Shown: positions 47,905 through 55,921 of the stretch, piece by piece
Position numbering within the stretch: position 1 is the stretch's first letter
How the letters are laid out: every line of letters begins with the position of its first letter
NCBI GenBank assembly: GCA_017999645.1
Contig: JAGNLJ010000007.1
Location: 207-64,206, forward strand
DNA length: 64,000 nucleotides
Source of the DNA: Alphaproteobacteria bacterium
GTDB lineage: Bacteria; Pseudomonadota; Alphaproteobacteria; Micavibrionales; Micavibrionaceae
Direction: 5' to 3'
Position numbers and translations under genes: made by a program
The notes under the pieces: model-generated
What the model was told of the DNA's origin: nothing
The model's input: the letters and a program-made list of their open reading frames with translations, nothing else
Database searches by the model: none

Positions 47905-48627
47905 TTATCTCTTTTTGTTTTTTTCTATTTTTTCCAGCTTGATAACGACGCGGCGGTTTTGCGATTGGTTTGCCGCAATGGGGTTGCCGTTTGAATCCCG
48001 GTTGGGAACTTTTGGAAAAACATCGGCGTAACCGGCGGCGCGCAGGCGCTCGGGGTCTATCCCGTGCTCAAGGAAAAACCTTACAACAGAGGCTGCCCGT
48101 GACGTGGAAAGTTCCCAGTTCGAAGGAAACTGCGTGGTATGGATAGGATTATCGTCGGTGTGTCCTTCAACCGTAATTGAATAATTGATGTAATCCTTGC
48201 CGGTCAGTTTCGCCTGGAGCTCGCCGAGGATCTTCTGACCCTCGTCGCTCAGCACCGATGATCCGCTGGCGAAGAACGCGCTGCTATCCATTTCAATCGT
48301 GGTGATGCGGTCGCCTTCCTGCTCGATATGAACGCCTTCACCTTTATTGTACATGTCGACAATCGAGGGCAGGCGATCGTAAATCTCTTTCTCGCTGCTA
48401 TTCGCTCCAACCGGTGAAATGGGATCAAGCACAAATTGATCGATTACGTTCTGCGCGGCGAAGCGTTCACGCACTTTTTCGCGGGCTTGTTCCATTTGCT
48501 CGTCTTTGGGAACGGATACTGAAAGGAAAATGGCGAAGAAGCAGAGCAGCAGCGTGATCATGTCCGCATAGGTCATGAGCCAGTCGTCTGTACGGGGTCC
48601 GCGCCGTCTGCCTTGTCTCTTATACAT
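47905..48627 (-). CDS. motB: MotB/OmpA-family stator protein
   Basis: The N-terminal WLMTYADMITLLLCFF carries the plug/TM Asp. The C-terminal OmpA-like region reads VEGHTDD...SNWELSTSRAASV. Confidence 0.8.
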   Translation of the reverse strand: MYKRQGRRRGPRTDDWLMTYADMITLLLCFFAIFLSVSVPKDEQMEQAREKVRERFAAQNVIDQFVLDPISPVGANSSEKEIYDRLPSIVDMYNKGEGVHIEQEGDRITTIEMDSSAFFASGSSVLSDEGQKILGELQAKLTGKDYINYSITVEGHTDDNPIHTTQFPSNWELSTSRAASVVRFFLEHGIDPERLRAAGYADVFPKVPNRDSNGNPIAANQSQNRRVVIKLEKIEKNKKR

Positions 48628-49543
48628 TCTTTGTTGCGCTCAGACCTGAAGCTGCTGTTGCTGTCGCGCCCGGCGTTGTTCCAGGCGGTGGTGTCGGGGT
48701 CGGATCGGGCAGCGTCACGCGGCTGTGCAGGCCAGGTTTCAGGAAGCTATTCAGCTTGTCCTGAATGTAACGCGGTGATTTGTTGGCCACCAGCATCGCC
48801 ATACCTTCGGTGATGAGGTGGTTGCGGAAGCGCAAATTATCCTGTTTTTGCATGATTTTCGTGGCGGCGGGCAGGTAAAGCATCCGCGCCGTTACGACAC
48901 CATATAATGTCGCAAGCAGGGCGACCGCGAGACCGTGGCCGATGCCGGACATGTCGCCCGAGAAATTACCAAGCATGATAACCATCCCGATCAGCGTTCC
49001 GACCATGCCGAAAGCGGGCGCGTGGCTGGCCATCGCAAGCAGGATGTTTGCGGGGATCGTATCGCGCTCGTAGAATGCTTCAGCGGCTGTTTCCATCATG
49101 CCGCGCACTTCTTCACCAGTGTAATTGCTGACAACCATATCAAGTCCGTAGCGTACGAAGGGGTCGTTGATGCCTTCGTCGTCGACCTGGTTTTCAAGGC
49201 CGCGTAACCCTTTTTCCTTCATGATGCGCGCCCATGCGATGATGTTGATCAGGTCGCGGTACAAATTTTCGTGCGTGACGTTCGCTTTTTTGAACATGAG
49301 GCCGACGCCGCGTAGTGCTTCCATGACGTCGCTGGCCTGGTAACTCATGAACGCGACAGCCAGCGTGCCGCCGATGACGATCATGAAACCCTCGATACTG
49401 AGGAAGGCCATAAAATTCGATGTGCCGACCAGAATGGCGACAATAATAAGCGCGAATCCGAACGCGGCCCCGGCTATGGAGGCTAGCGAGAACGGATGGG
49501 ATGTACGCAAGGTAAACAGGGATTTGCTGTCGCTTTTAGCCAT
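48620..49543 (-). CDS. motA: MotA/PomA-family proton-channel stator protein with a Pro/Thr-rich tail
   Basis: 4 TM segments with the conserved PAFGMVGTLIGMV and LATLYGV segments. The tail reads PDPTPTPPPGTTPGATATAAS. It overlaps motB by 8 nt. Confidence 0.8.
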   Translation of the reverse strand: MAKSDSKSLFTLRTSHPFSLASIAGAAFGFALIIVAILVGTSNFMAFLSIEGFMIVIGGTLAVAFMSYQASDVMEALRGVGLMFKKANVTHENLYRDLINIIAWARIMKEKGLRGLENQVDDEGINDPFVRYGLDMVVSNYTGEEVRGMMETAAEAFYERDTIPANILLAMASHAPAFGMVGTLIGMVIMLGNFSGDMSGIGHGLAVALLATLYGVVTARMLYLPAATKIMQKQDNLRFRNHLITEGMAMLVANKSPRYIQDKLNSFLKPGLHSRVTLPDPTPTPPPGTTPGATATAASGLSATKNV

Positions 49544-49628
49544 AATTAATTATGCCACCGTGTTTTTTGTCTGGCTACCTTACTATGAAGTTTTGCCGGG
49601 CGAAAGACCCGTGACCCCCTGATTTCAT

Positions 49629-49654
49629 GAAACTTTTAAGGCTTTGGCACCGTT
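49629..49654 (+). promoter_or_regulatory. Weak ECF-type promoter variant upstream of exoD
   Basis: GAAAC-N17-CGTT lies 20 nt upstream of the exoD ATG. Confidence 0.3.
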
Positions 49655-49674
49655 GGTGAGTAAAGAGGTATATT

Positions 49675-50262
49675 ATGCGAAGTACCAAGCTGACGAAATT
49701 GCTGGATAATCTGGATGAGAGCATAGAAGGCCAGAAGGAGGTATCTCTGGCCGATATTGTTGAAGCCCTTGAAAAAAGGGGCTTTGGCGCGCTTTTGCTG
49801 GCACCCGCCTTGATTACCGTATTACCGACGGGTGCCATTCCTGGAGTACCGGCTGTGTGTGCGGTCGTAATCTGCCTGATAGCAGGGCAACTGGTGATCG
49901 GCCTTAAAAAGCCATGGGTGCCGTCCTTGCTGGGTAAGGTTTCCATCAGCCGTAAGAAGCTTTCTCATGCCATCGAGAAATCCAAACCTTACGCCGAGGT
50001 CGTGGATGGATTTGCCGCTCCGCGCTATGAATTCCTGACGAAAGATGTTTCGCAGCGCGTGATCGCTGTTTTGTGCATGGCATTGGCTGTAATGATGGCG
50101 ATGATCGGCTTCGTGCCGTTCGTACCCGCGCTTTTCTCTCTGCCTGTGTTGCTATTCGCTGCAGGCATATGCCTGCGGGATGGTTTGCTGACGCTTTCCG
50201 GTTTTGCGTTCTGCTTTATTGCAGCGGTGGCGTTGCCCTTCCTGATCACTCTTCTGAAATAA
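49675..50262 (+). CDS. exoD: ExoD-family membrane protein
   Basis: LADIVEALEKRGFGALLLAPALITVLPTGAIPGVP is ExoD-like. Multiple TM segments. Confidence 0.8.
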   Translation: MRSTKLTKLLDNLDESIEGQKEVSLADIVEALEKRGFGALLLAPALITVLPTGAIPGVPAVCAVVICLIAGQLVIGLKKPWVPSLLGKVSISRKKLSHAIEKSKPYAEVVDGFAAPRYEFLTKDVSQRVIAVLCMALAVMMAMIGFVPFVPALFSLPVLLFAAGICLRDGLLTLSGFAFCFIAAVALPFLITLLK

Positions 50263-50268
50263 AAAAAA

Positions 50269-50308
50269 TCACGGAAGGAGCGATTGGCTCACCTTCCGTG
50301 ATTTTTCT
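50269..50308. terminator. Bidirectional terminator
   Basis: 11-bp stem ATCACGGAAGG / CCTTCCGTGAT, flanked by an A-run and a T-run. Confidence 0.8.
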
Positions 50309-50318
50309 ATTCATAAAT

Positions 50319-50555
50319 TTAGTCGAGGTTAATGTCGTCCTCGTCAGTCAGTGCGCCAGTTGCTGCACCGGCTGCGCCGCCGATAGCCGCACCAGCCCAT
50401 GGGCTGCCGCCTGTCAAAGCGCCGCCTACTGCGCCTGCACCAGCACCAATGGCACCGCCGCTGAGGGCGCGTTCAGTTTTGGACGTACCGCAACCCGTAA
50501 CGCCGAGTGATACGGCGAGGAATGCAGCGATTAAAATTGGGTGTCTGATAGACAT
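50319..50555 (-). CDS. Glycine-zipper lipoprotein (Pcp/SlyB-like)
   Basis: Lipobox LGVTGC, then repeated GxxxG zippers (GGAIGAGAGAVGGALTGG...GAAIGGAAGAATGAL). Confidence 0.75.
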   Translation of the reverse strand: MSIRHPILIAAFLAVSLGVTGCGTSKTERALSGGAIGAGAGAVGGALTGGSPWAGAAIGGAAGAATGALTDEDDINLD

Positions 50556-50578
50556 GATGGTTCTCCTTTATTTCAGTC

Positions 50579-50776
50579 TTATTGAGTCATTTCAGTTTGG
50601 TGGTAAAACTCGGCTTCGATTTCATGGATCGGTTTACCGGTCATCTCCTGCATCAGGTCGATGACAACACCGTCATCATCGCTTATCTGAGGAAGATCGG
50701 CCCCGTCAGGACTTGCAAAACACACAAAAACAACGTTTTCAAAATCCTCTACTTCGCGCATAAGGCTGCTTTTCAT
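50579..50776 (-). CDS. Small acidic hypothetical protein (65 aa)
   Basis: AAGGAG lies 7 nt upstream of the ATG at 50776. An ECF-type promoter sits 32 nt upstream. Confidence 0.5.
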   Translation of the reverse strand: MKSSLMREVEDFENVVFVCFASPDGADLPQISDDDGVVIDLMQEMTGKPIHEIEAEFYHQTEMTQ

Positions 50777-50808
50777 GATAGGTCTCCTTTGCATTCGTAT
50801 GATTTACA

Positions 50809-50833
50809 AACGTGTAGATGGCACTGAAGTTCC
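50809..50833 (-). promoter_or_regulatory. ECF (EcfG-type) promoter GGAAC-N16-CGTT
   Basis: The plus strand reads AACG-tgtagatggcactgaa-GTTCC. The -10 element ends 32 nt before the start at 50776. Confidence 0.6.
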
Positions 50834-50858
50834 CGTCTGGAAAATTTACTCATAGCCA

Positions 50859-50893
50859 TAAAAAAGAGCGCGGACATACGAATCCGCGCTCTT
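50859..50893 (-). terminator. Terminator after csbD
   Basis: 10-bp stem AGAGCGCGGA / TCCGCGCTCT, with a T-run on the minus strand. Confidence 0.7.
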
Positions 50894-50912
50894 CTAAAAA
50901 TATGCAGAGTGA

Positions 50913-51116
50913 TTAGGCAGCTCTGGATTTATTCCACTCATTCAGTTGCTTTTCAGCTTCTTCACGGGCAACACCATAGCTTTCTTGAATCTTGCCGAGC
51001 AGCTTCTCGCTGTCGCCGTTGATCTCATCAAGAGTGTCATTGGTCAGAAGGCCCCATTTTTTCTGAACGTCGCCTTTTACCTGTTTCCATTTACCTTCAA
51101 AAATATCCTTGTTCAT
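50913..51116 (-). CDS. csbD: CsbD-family general stress protein
   Basis: FEGKWKQVKGDVQKKWGLLTNDTLDEINGDSEKLLGKIQESYG is the CsbD signature. Confidence 0.9.
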   Translation of the reverse strand: MNKDIFEGKWKQVKGDVQKKWGLLTNDTLDEINGDSEKLLGKIQESYGVAREEAEKQLNEWNKSRAA

Positions 51117-51194
51117 AGTCTTCTCCTTTTTTTCATGTTGTTTAAGAATGGCGGCCCAGCCCGGAAAGGGGGGCGGGCCGCCTTGGGGGTAAAC

Positions 51195-52049
51195 TTAGTT
51201 TGTGGCCGTCTTCTTGAAGTTTTCGAAGTTGGCTGTCTGGCTCGCCGTCAGCTGAACGTCGAGGTCGTTCTTCTCACGAACAATTCTCGAACCTTCAAAG
51301 CTCATGGCTGCTTTCTCGCCACCAAGACCCAGCGTCTTGTCGAAGCCGATAATGATCTGGCTGGCTTCGCCATTGCTGAAGGAGATGTTGTCGATTTCAG
51401 CGACATTTTCCTTCTTCTGGTTCAGGACCTGGCCTTCGAGAAGGCGGGCAACGCTGATTCCGTTAGCAGGAACGATGCGGACTTTTGCATCCTTCTCGGC
51501 ATCTTTCGGCTCATACGAGAACGGCGCGACTTTATTCAGCGTGTCCTGTGTAATCGGCATGATCACATCGCCATCCTTCTGGCGCTGGGATACAAGGTTA
51601 TAGTCAAAGGCAGCCAGTTTGGTGCCGATGCCCATGAAACCGCCATCTGCAAGGACGACCATCTGTGCATTGCCATCAGCGTCAAGGATGATGTCCTGAA
51701 CGCTGGCGATCTTTTTGCCGCTGGTGTCGAGAACCGGCTGGCCGATCATACCGGACGCGGTGTTGCGCGAATCGATGGTCACGCTTGATGAGGTCGAAGT
51801 TTCTTCCTCGCCGATTACAGTGGCCTTGATATCTTCATAAGCCTCTTCGACGGCCTTGGATGTTTTATCCGCGGCTTCGGAAGCGCCTTCTTTTACATTT
51901 TCCCATTCACGCTTTGCATCCTGCGAGAGGGAAGGAGCATCGGCTTTAACTTCAGCATTTGCATTGGCCGAGGTTTCCGCCCATGCGGGCACGCTTGCTG
52001 CCATCGCAACAGCGGACGCGGCAATCAAAAACTTGTTCTTCGTAATCAT
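51195..52049 (-). CDS. Secreted protein with two PRC-barrel domains
   Basis: Signal peptide MITKNKFLIAASAVAMAASVPAWA. MIGQPVLDTSGKKIASVQDIILDADGNAQMVVLADGGFMGIG is PRC-barrel-like, and a second copy lies near the C-terminus. Confidence 0.8.
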   Translation of the reverse strand: MITKNKFLIAASAVAMAASVPAWAETSANANAEVKADAPSLSQDAKREWENVKEGASEAADKTSKAVEEAYEDIKATVIGEEETSTSSSVTIDSRNTASGMIGQPVLDTSGKKIASVQDIILDADGNAQMVVLADGGFMGIGTKLAAFDYNLVSQRQKDGDVIMPITQDTLNKVAPFSYEPKDAEKDAKVRIVPANGISVARLLEGQVLNQKKENVAEIDNISFSNGEASQIIIGFDKTLGLGGEKAAMSFEGSRIVREKNDLDVQLTASQTANFENFKKTATN

Positions 52050-52088
52050 GACTTTTTCCTTCATTTGGATAGGGTTGTTCGGGTTACA

Positions 52089-52113
52089 AACGCTTTTTTC
52101 AATAAAATGTTCC
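52089..52113 (-). promoter_or_regulatory. ECF (EcfG-type) promoter GGAAC-N16-CGTT
   Basis: The plus strand reads AACG-cttttttcaataaaat-GTTCC, 39 nt from the start at 52049. Confidence 0.65.
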
Positions 52114-52185
52114 CAAAAAATAAGCCGGACAGCCCCGAAGGACTGTAACCGGCCTGAGGTGGTTGGGTGGGGGAGGGAAAACTTT

Positions 52186-52437
52186 TTAGCAGGTCCTGAT
52201 GTCGACGCGGTCGAAATGGCCTATTTTTTCTTCAGCCTGAATCTGCAAATCTTTGAGATCGTACAGCAGCTCAGATAAACGAGAATCAAAATCCTCTTCC
52301 GCGTCACTGTTCGAAAAATTCGTTTCAATCACCAGCACATCCTCGGGATCGTGCATACCGCTATAATTCTTTTTGAGGTATATGGATGATACCAGCGGAT
52401 GTGTAACGCTATTCAGTATTTCCGGGACGTTCATCAT
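52186..52437 (-). CDS. Small acidic hypothetical protein
   Basis: An 83-aa ORF with GAGGAG upstream. No family recognised. Confidence 0.45.
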   Translation of the reverse strand: MMNVPEILNSVTHPLVSSIYLKKNYSGMHDPEDVLVIETNFSNSDAEEDFDSRLSELLYDLKDLQIQAEEKIGHFDRVDIRTC

Positions 52438-52550
52438 AATTTGGTGCTCCTCTTTGTTCTCTTTAAAGCTTACGAAGCCCCGGTAACCTTAATATGTCCC
52501 TTGTGTAAGCCTTTTGAAATATTTTGTTTCAGTTGTGTAACAAAGGAATT

Positions 52551-52575
52551 GGAACCTAAAAACGTATATAACGTT
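52551..52575 (+). promoter_or_regulatory. ECF (EcfG-type) promoter GGAAC-N16-CGTT
   Basis: GGAAC-ctaaaaacgtatataa-CGTT, 37 nt before the ATG at 52613. Confidence 0.65.
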
Positions 52576-52612
52576 AGCTCGGCACAACAACCATCTCGAA
52601 GGGAGAATGATT

Positions 52613-53158
52613 ATGAAGACTATGTATCTGATGACGGCGGCTGCCGTAGCGTTGATCGGTTTCAGCGCCGTAGCCCAGGCAGAGACAGTGACCACCAAGG
52701 TCAATGTCCAGCAAAAAGACATTCCTGATGTTAATAAAGTGAACCTGATCGTATTCGACACCGATAAAAACGGCATTCTGTCGATGAAGGAAGTAGGCCA
52801 ATACCTGTTCGATGTTTTTGATAACGACAAGAACGGCTCGATCGACAATATCGAATTCAAGCAGAAACGTTTCATGACCATCATTCCGATGGAAAAGGAA
52901 ACCACGCTGCAGGTTGACTTCAATGATGACGGCATTCCTGAGAAAGTCGATCACACTGAGGAAACTTTCATCAAGCAATCGCAATTGATGCGTTTTGACG
53001 GCAATATGGATGGCCTGTCAGCTAACGAATTCATCAACACGGGCTATGAAAAGCTCGATGACGATGAAGACAAGCTGATCAATGCCGAGGAATGGGATGA
53101 AGCTTATATGGAGCTTACCCGCGCCCCGGTAAACGAGCCGGAACGCTACCAGAATTAA
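52613..53158 (+). CDS. Periplasmic EF-hand calcium-binding protein
   Basis: Signal peptide MKTMYLMTAAAVALIGFSAVAQA. EF loops DTDKNGILSMKE, DNDKNGSIDNIE and DGNMDGLSANE. GGGAG lies 7 nt upstream of the ATG at 52613. Confidence 0.8.
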   Translation: MKTMYLMTAAAVALIGFSAVAQAETVTTKVNVQQKDIPDVNKVNLIVFDTDKNGILSMKEVGQYLFDVFDNDKNGSIDNIEFKQKRFMTIIPMEKETTLQVDFNDDGIPEKVDHTEETFIKQSQLMRFDGNMDGLSANEFINTGYEKLDDDEDKLINAEEWDEAYMELTRAPVNEPERYQN

Positions 53159-53181
53159 GCCCACTGTGGCTTATGAACAAA

Positions 53182-53209
53182 GCCGCCCTTGAAAAAGGGC
53201 GGTTTTTTT
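53182..53209 (+). terminator. Rho-independent terminator
   Basis: GCCGCCCTT-GAAA-AAGGGCGG followed by T7. Confidence 0.8.
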
Positions 53210-53211
53210 AT

Positions 53212-53237
53212 GGAACGGTTCTATTAGGGGAACCGTT
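53212..53237 (+). promoter_or_regulatory. ECF (EcfG-type) promoter GGAAC-N17-CGTT
   Basis: GGAAC-ggttctattaggggaac-CGTT, 26 nt before the ATG at 53264. Confidence 0.6.
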
Positions 53238-53263
53238 GGGAAGAGTAGAAAGGAAGAAAAAAT

Positions 53264-53485
53264 ATGAAAATAATACGCTCGACTTTCTACGGGCCCGTGC
53301 AAGGCCTGCAAAACTGGGCCGTATCCTTGCAACGATATTTCTTTCAGAGCAAAGACCACGATTCTGCCATGTATGAGTTTAGGGATCCTTACCATGATCT
53401 GCAGTATATGCACGATACGGAAATGGAGCGCCTCGTAAAAGTTATAGAGGACATGAAAGGCGATAGTCGCCATCATTATCAGTAA
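53264..53485 (+). CDS. Small hypothetical protein (73 aa, His/Tyr/Asp-rich)
   Basis: AGGAAG lies upstream. The ORF sits between an ECF-type promoter and a terminator. Confidence 0.5.
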   Translation: MKIIRSTFYGPVQGLQNWAVSLQRYFFQSKDHDSAMYEFRDPYHDLQYMHDTEMERLVKVIEDMKGDSRHHYQ

Positions 53486-53511
53486 CTGCTCCTCATCAGG
53501 AATAAAAAAAC

Positions 53512-53539
53512 CCGCCAGGTTATAACCGGCGGGTTTTTG
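53512..53539. terminator. Bidirectional terminator
   Basis: CCCGCC...GGCGGG, with a flanking A-run and T-run. Confidence 0.75.
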
Positions 53540-53540
53540 T

Positions 53541-53747
53541 TTAACCTTTAGGAACGTTGGCTATAGCCAGCTCCTGGGCCTGTTTCAGGTCATTGACGCT
53601 ACCTGTCGATACGATGGCACCTCCGAATGAAACAATCCATTTCCATGATTCTTTTTTTTGGGAGCATTGAGCGATACTCTTCTGTCTCTCAACGACCAGT
53701 TCGTATTTGTTTACGTCAGTGCATAATTTTTGTGTTTCCCAGTTCAT
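53541..53747 (-). CDS. Small hypothetical protein (68 aa)
   Basis: GGAGAA lies upstream. An ECF-like promoter variant sits 32 nt upstream. Confidence 0.5.
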   Translation of the reverse strand: MNWETQKLCTDVNKYELVVERQKSIAQCSQKKESWKWIVSFGGAIVSTGSVNDLKQAQELAIANVPKG

Positions 53748-53779
53748 TTCAATTCTCCGTATTAAGGTTGCAGCTATCC

Positions 53780-53804
53780 AACGCCTGAAACGAAGGATTG
53801 TTCT
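53780..53804 (-). promoter_or_regulatory. ECF-type promoter variant AGAAC-N16-CGTT
   Basis: The plus strand reads AACG-cctgaaacgaaggatt-GTTCT. Confidence 0.4.
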
Positions 53805-53808
53805 AAAA

Positions 53809-53832
53809 AAAGCCCGGAAAAACCGGGCTTTT
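53809..53832. terminator. Bidirectional terminator
   Basis: AGCCCGG-AAAAA-CCGGGCT, flanked by A7 and T5. Confidence 0.7.
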
Positions 53833-53834
53833 TG

Positions 53835-53906
53835 TATTAGAAGAAAATGTTGTAAAGAATGATGATGGGGATGGGGACCCCGACCAAAAACATAAGAAAG
53901 CTTTTC
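53835..53906 (-). CDS. Unlisted 23-aa hydrophobic peptide (MKSFLMFLVGVPIPIIILYNIFF)
   Basis: TAGGAGAA lies 6 nt upstream of the ATG at 53906. It is a single TM-length peptide immediately downstream of another small membrane-protein gene. Confidence 0.35.
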
Positions 53907-53917
53907 ATCTCGTTCTC

Positions 53918-54085
53918 CTATCTCGCTGTTGTATTGTCATCTATCTCGTCGCCGATTTCCTCGACAACTTCACCGACGCTGCCCGCAATGCCGTCATCCT
54001 TCGGCTCGTTGTATTGCACGAACAATACTGCGAGAATGGCGACAAGCAACACTGCAATCAGTGTCAGTAAGCCTTTGTCAGTCAT
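53918..54085 (-). CDS. Small single-pass membrane protein with an acidic tail (55 aa)
   Basis: The start was set at MTDKGLLTLIAVLLVAILAVLFV (54085), with GAGAGGA upstream. Confidence 0.5.
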   Translation of the reverse strand: MTDKGLLTLIAVLLVAILAVLFVQYNEPKDDGIAGSVGEVVEEIGDEIDDNTTAR

Positions 54086-54118
54086 TGTAGTGTTCCTCTC
54101 TGTGGTTCTGTAACATCC

Positions 54119-54144
54119 AACATCCACCGATAGGAGTAAGTTCC
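54119..54144 (-). promoter_or_regulatory. ECF-type promoter variant GGAAC-N17-TGTT
   Basis: The plus strand reads AACA-tccaccgataggagtaa-GTTCC, 33 nt from the start at 54085. Confidence 0.45.
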
Positions 54145-54164
54145 CTTCGGCTAAAAACCCGGAA

Positions 54165-54587
54165 TTAATGCAGCAGCTTTTCCGCGGCGATATAACCAGC
54201 CAGGCTGGCGATCATTACGGCCGTTTTCGGGTTTTCCCTGATGGGTTCTTCCAGTTCCTCACCCACGACTTCGAGGGCTGAGTGGAGGTTGTTTTTTAGT
54301 ACGCTGTAATAACCCTGCAATTGCTTACGCTTTTCGGCGTATATGCTGTAAATAACGATCGCAATGATTATTCCCAGAGACATCGTGCCCGCGCCTACGA
54401 CGAGGCGGGCAGTCTGTAGATCGTAATGCGTAACCAGCCAGTCATAACCGGCGGCCACAAGGAAACCGCCGCCCGCCACCGCGAGGAAACCTGCGAAAAG
54501 TAACGCAGGTCCCATCTGGGTGCGGACGGGCCGTGATTCCTGCATCAGCAGCGAAATAATCGCATGCTCAAGCGAGGGCGCGGCCAT
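54165..54587 (-). CDS. Hypothetical membrane protein (occupies the YqjE position after a DUF883 gene)
   Basis: 2-3 TM segments. It starts 3 nt after the DUF883 gene. Family not verified. Confidence 0.55.
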   Translation of the reverse strand: MAAPSLEHAIISLLMQESRPVRTQMGPALLFAGFLAVAGGGFLVAAGYDWLVTHYDLQTARLVVGAGTMSLGIIIAIVIYSIYAEKRKQLQGYYSVLKNNLHSALEVVGEELEEPIRENPKTAVMIASLAGYIAAEKLLH

Positions 54588-54590
54588 TGG

Positions 54591-54950
54591 TTACCGGCGC
54601 TTTCCAAGCAGGAAGCTGGCGGCTAAGCCTGCAAAGAATGCAATCGCCAGAGCCTGTCCTGGTTTTTCGGTGACGCGGTGCTCAAGTTTGTGCAGCGTGT
54701 CTTCGCCTGCTTTACGCGCTTTCTCAAGCTGTTTGCCTGCAAAGCGCTTCGCATCGTCGACGTGCTTGCCGCCGTTTGATTTTACATGCTGCGTCAGGGA
54801 CACAACATCATCTTTCAGGCTGGCGAGATCGTCTTTGATGTTATCGATTTCAGGATATTCATCTTTCAGTGCGTTCGGGCTGAGCGCGCGGAGCGATGAG
54901 TAATCGCTGTCCTGATTCGAATTATTGTAGTCGGGTTTGCTTTTTGCCAT
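54591..54950 (-). CDS. DUF883 (ElaB/YqjD/YgaM) membrane-anchored stress protein
   Basis: The C-terminus EKPGQALAIAFFAGLAASFLLGKRR parallels E. coli ElaB EKPWQGIGVGAAVGLVLGLLLARR. Confidence 0.85.
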   Translation of the reverse strand: MAKSKPDYNNSNQDSDYSSLRALSPNALKDEYPEIDNIKDDLASLKDDVVSLTQHVKSNGGKHVDDAKRFAGKQLEKARKAGEDTLHKLEHRVTEKPGQALAIAFFAGLAASFLLGKRR

Positions 54951-54983
54951 GGGGATTCTCCTATTGTTGATAGCGCAATGACC

Positions 54984-55008
54984 AACAGTCTTAGAGGAGA
55001 AAAGTTCC
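54984..55008 (-). promoter_or_regulatory. ECF-type promoter variant GGAAC-N16-TGTT
   Basis: The plus strand reads AACA-gtcttagaggagaaaa-GTTCC, 33 nt from the start at 54950. Confidence 0.45.
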
Positions 55009-55030
55009 GGCCCGGCAGGCTTTTAAAGGC

Positions 55031-55771
55031 CTAGTTCTCAATCTGGCCGGTGAACATATAGCCAATGCCGCGCACGGTTTTAACGAATTTGGGGTCCTGC
55101 GGGTCGTCCTTGAGTTTCTTGCGGATTCGGCCGATCTGGATGTCGATGGCGCGGTCGTACGAATCGAAATTGCCAGTGCGGGTTAATTCGAAAAGAAATT
55201 CCCGGCTGAGTGCCCGGTTCGGAGAAAGCAGCAGCGCTTCAAGAAGCTTGAACTCTCCGGTTGTCAAATCAGCCGAGCGATTCTTTTCATCAAACAATTG
55301 ATACTGCGTGCGGTCGAGGCACCATCCTGCGAAGCGAATTTTATCCGGGCCATTCTGCTGCGGATTATTCTCGTTAGTAACTTCGACGTTAGCACGGCGA
55401 AGAACTGCTTTGATTCGTGCAGACAGTTCGCGCATTTCGAAAGGCTTTGTAATGTAATCGTCCGCGCCCATCTCTAAACCGACGATCTTTTCTGTTGTAT
55501 CGCTCTTGCCGCTGACGATGATAATCGAAGCTTTGCTTCTTTCACGAATATGACTGATAAGACTAAAGCCTTCAGCGTCCGGCAAAACGAGATCAAGCAG
55601 CACAACATCAGCCGCGCAGTTTGGCAGCTTCTCCTGCAGGTCTTTTCCGCTGACCGCTTTAAGGACTCGGTACCCGTCATCCTCCAGGTATTGTCCTACG
55701 ACCAGTTGCAGATTTTCATCGTCATCGACGCTGAGTATTGTCGCTTTCGGCAATGTCTCTGCCCTTTTCAT
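55031..55771 (-). CDS. OmpR/PhoB-family response regulator
   Basis: REC domain (ILSVDDD...LLDLVLPDAEG...K) plus a winged-helix C-terminus (VRGIGYMF). Confidence 0.9.
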   Translation of the reverse strand: MKRAETLPKATILSVDDDENLQLVVGQYLEDDGYRVLKAVSGKDLQEKLPNCAADVVLLDLVLPDAEGFSLISHIRERSKASIIIVSGKSDTTEKIVGLEMGADDYITKPFEMRELSARIKAVLRRANVEVTNENNPQQNGPDKIRFAGWCLDRTQYQLFDEKNRSADLTTGEFKLLEALLLSPNRALSREFLFELTRTGNFDSYDRAIDIQIGRIRKKLKDDPQDPKFVKTVRGIGYMFTGQIEN

Positions 55772-55921
55772 ATCTTAAGAAGTTGAAATGACTATATATT
55801 CTTATTTACAAAAAAGAAACAAACTTTTTCCACTTTAATACAAGAGCGACAAACAGACGTTACAGCCGGGGGCTAATCTTTAATCAGGATTAACCAACAC
55901 TGAGAAAAAAGGAAACCTGTC

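Noticed and set aside
47905-49543. The MotAB-like pair as a Zorya-type anti-phage system.
   Set aside because: ZorA is much longer, with a long C-terminal tail, and Zorya needs ZorC/D (or E) neighbours. None are present.
50946-51788. A 280-aa plus-strand ORF across csbD and the PRC-barrel gene.
   Set aside because: It spans two well-supported minus-strand genes and their intergenic hairpin, and has no SD.
52438-52550. An ECF-type promoter for the minus-strand gene 52186-52437.
   Set aside because: Only poor matches are present (GGGAC with 21-nt spacing), so none was called.
55772-55921. An autoregulatory GGAAC-N16-CGTT promoter in front of the ECF sigma gene or the response regulator.
   Set aside because: No acceptable match was found on either strand. 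Only weak sigma70-like hexamers are present.
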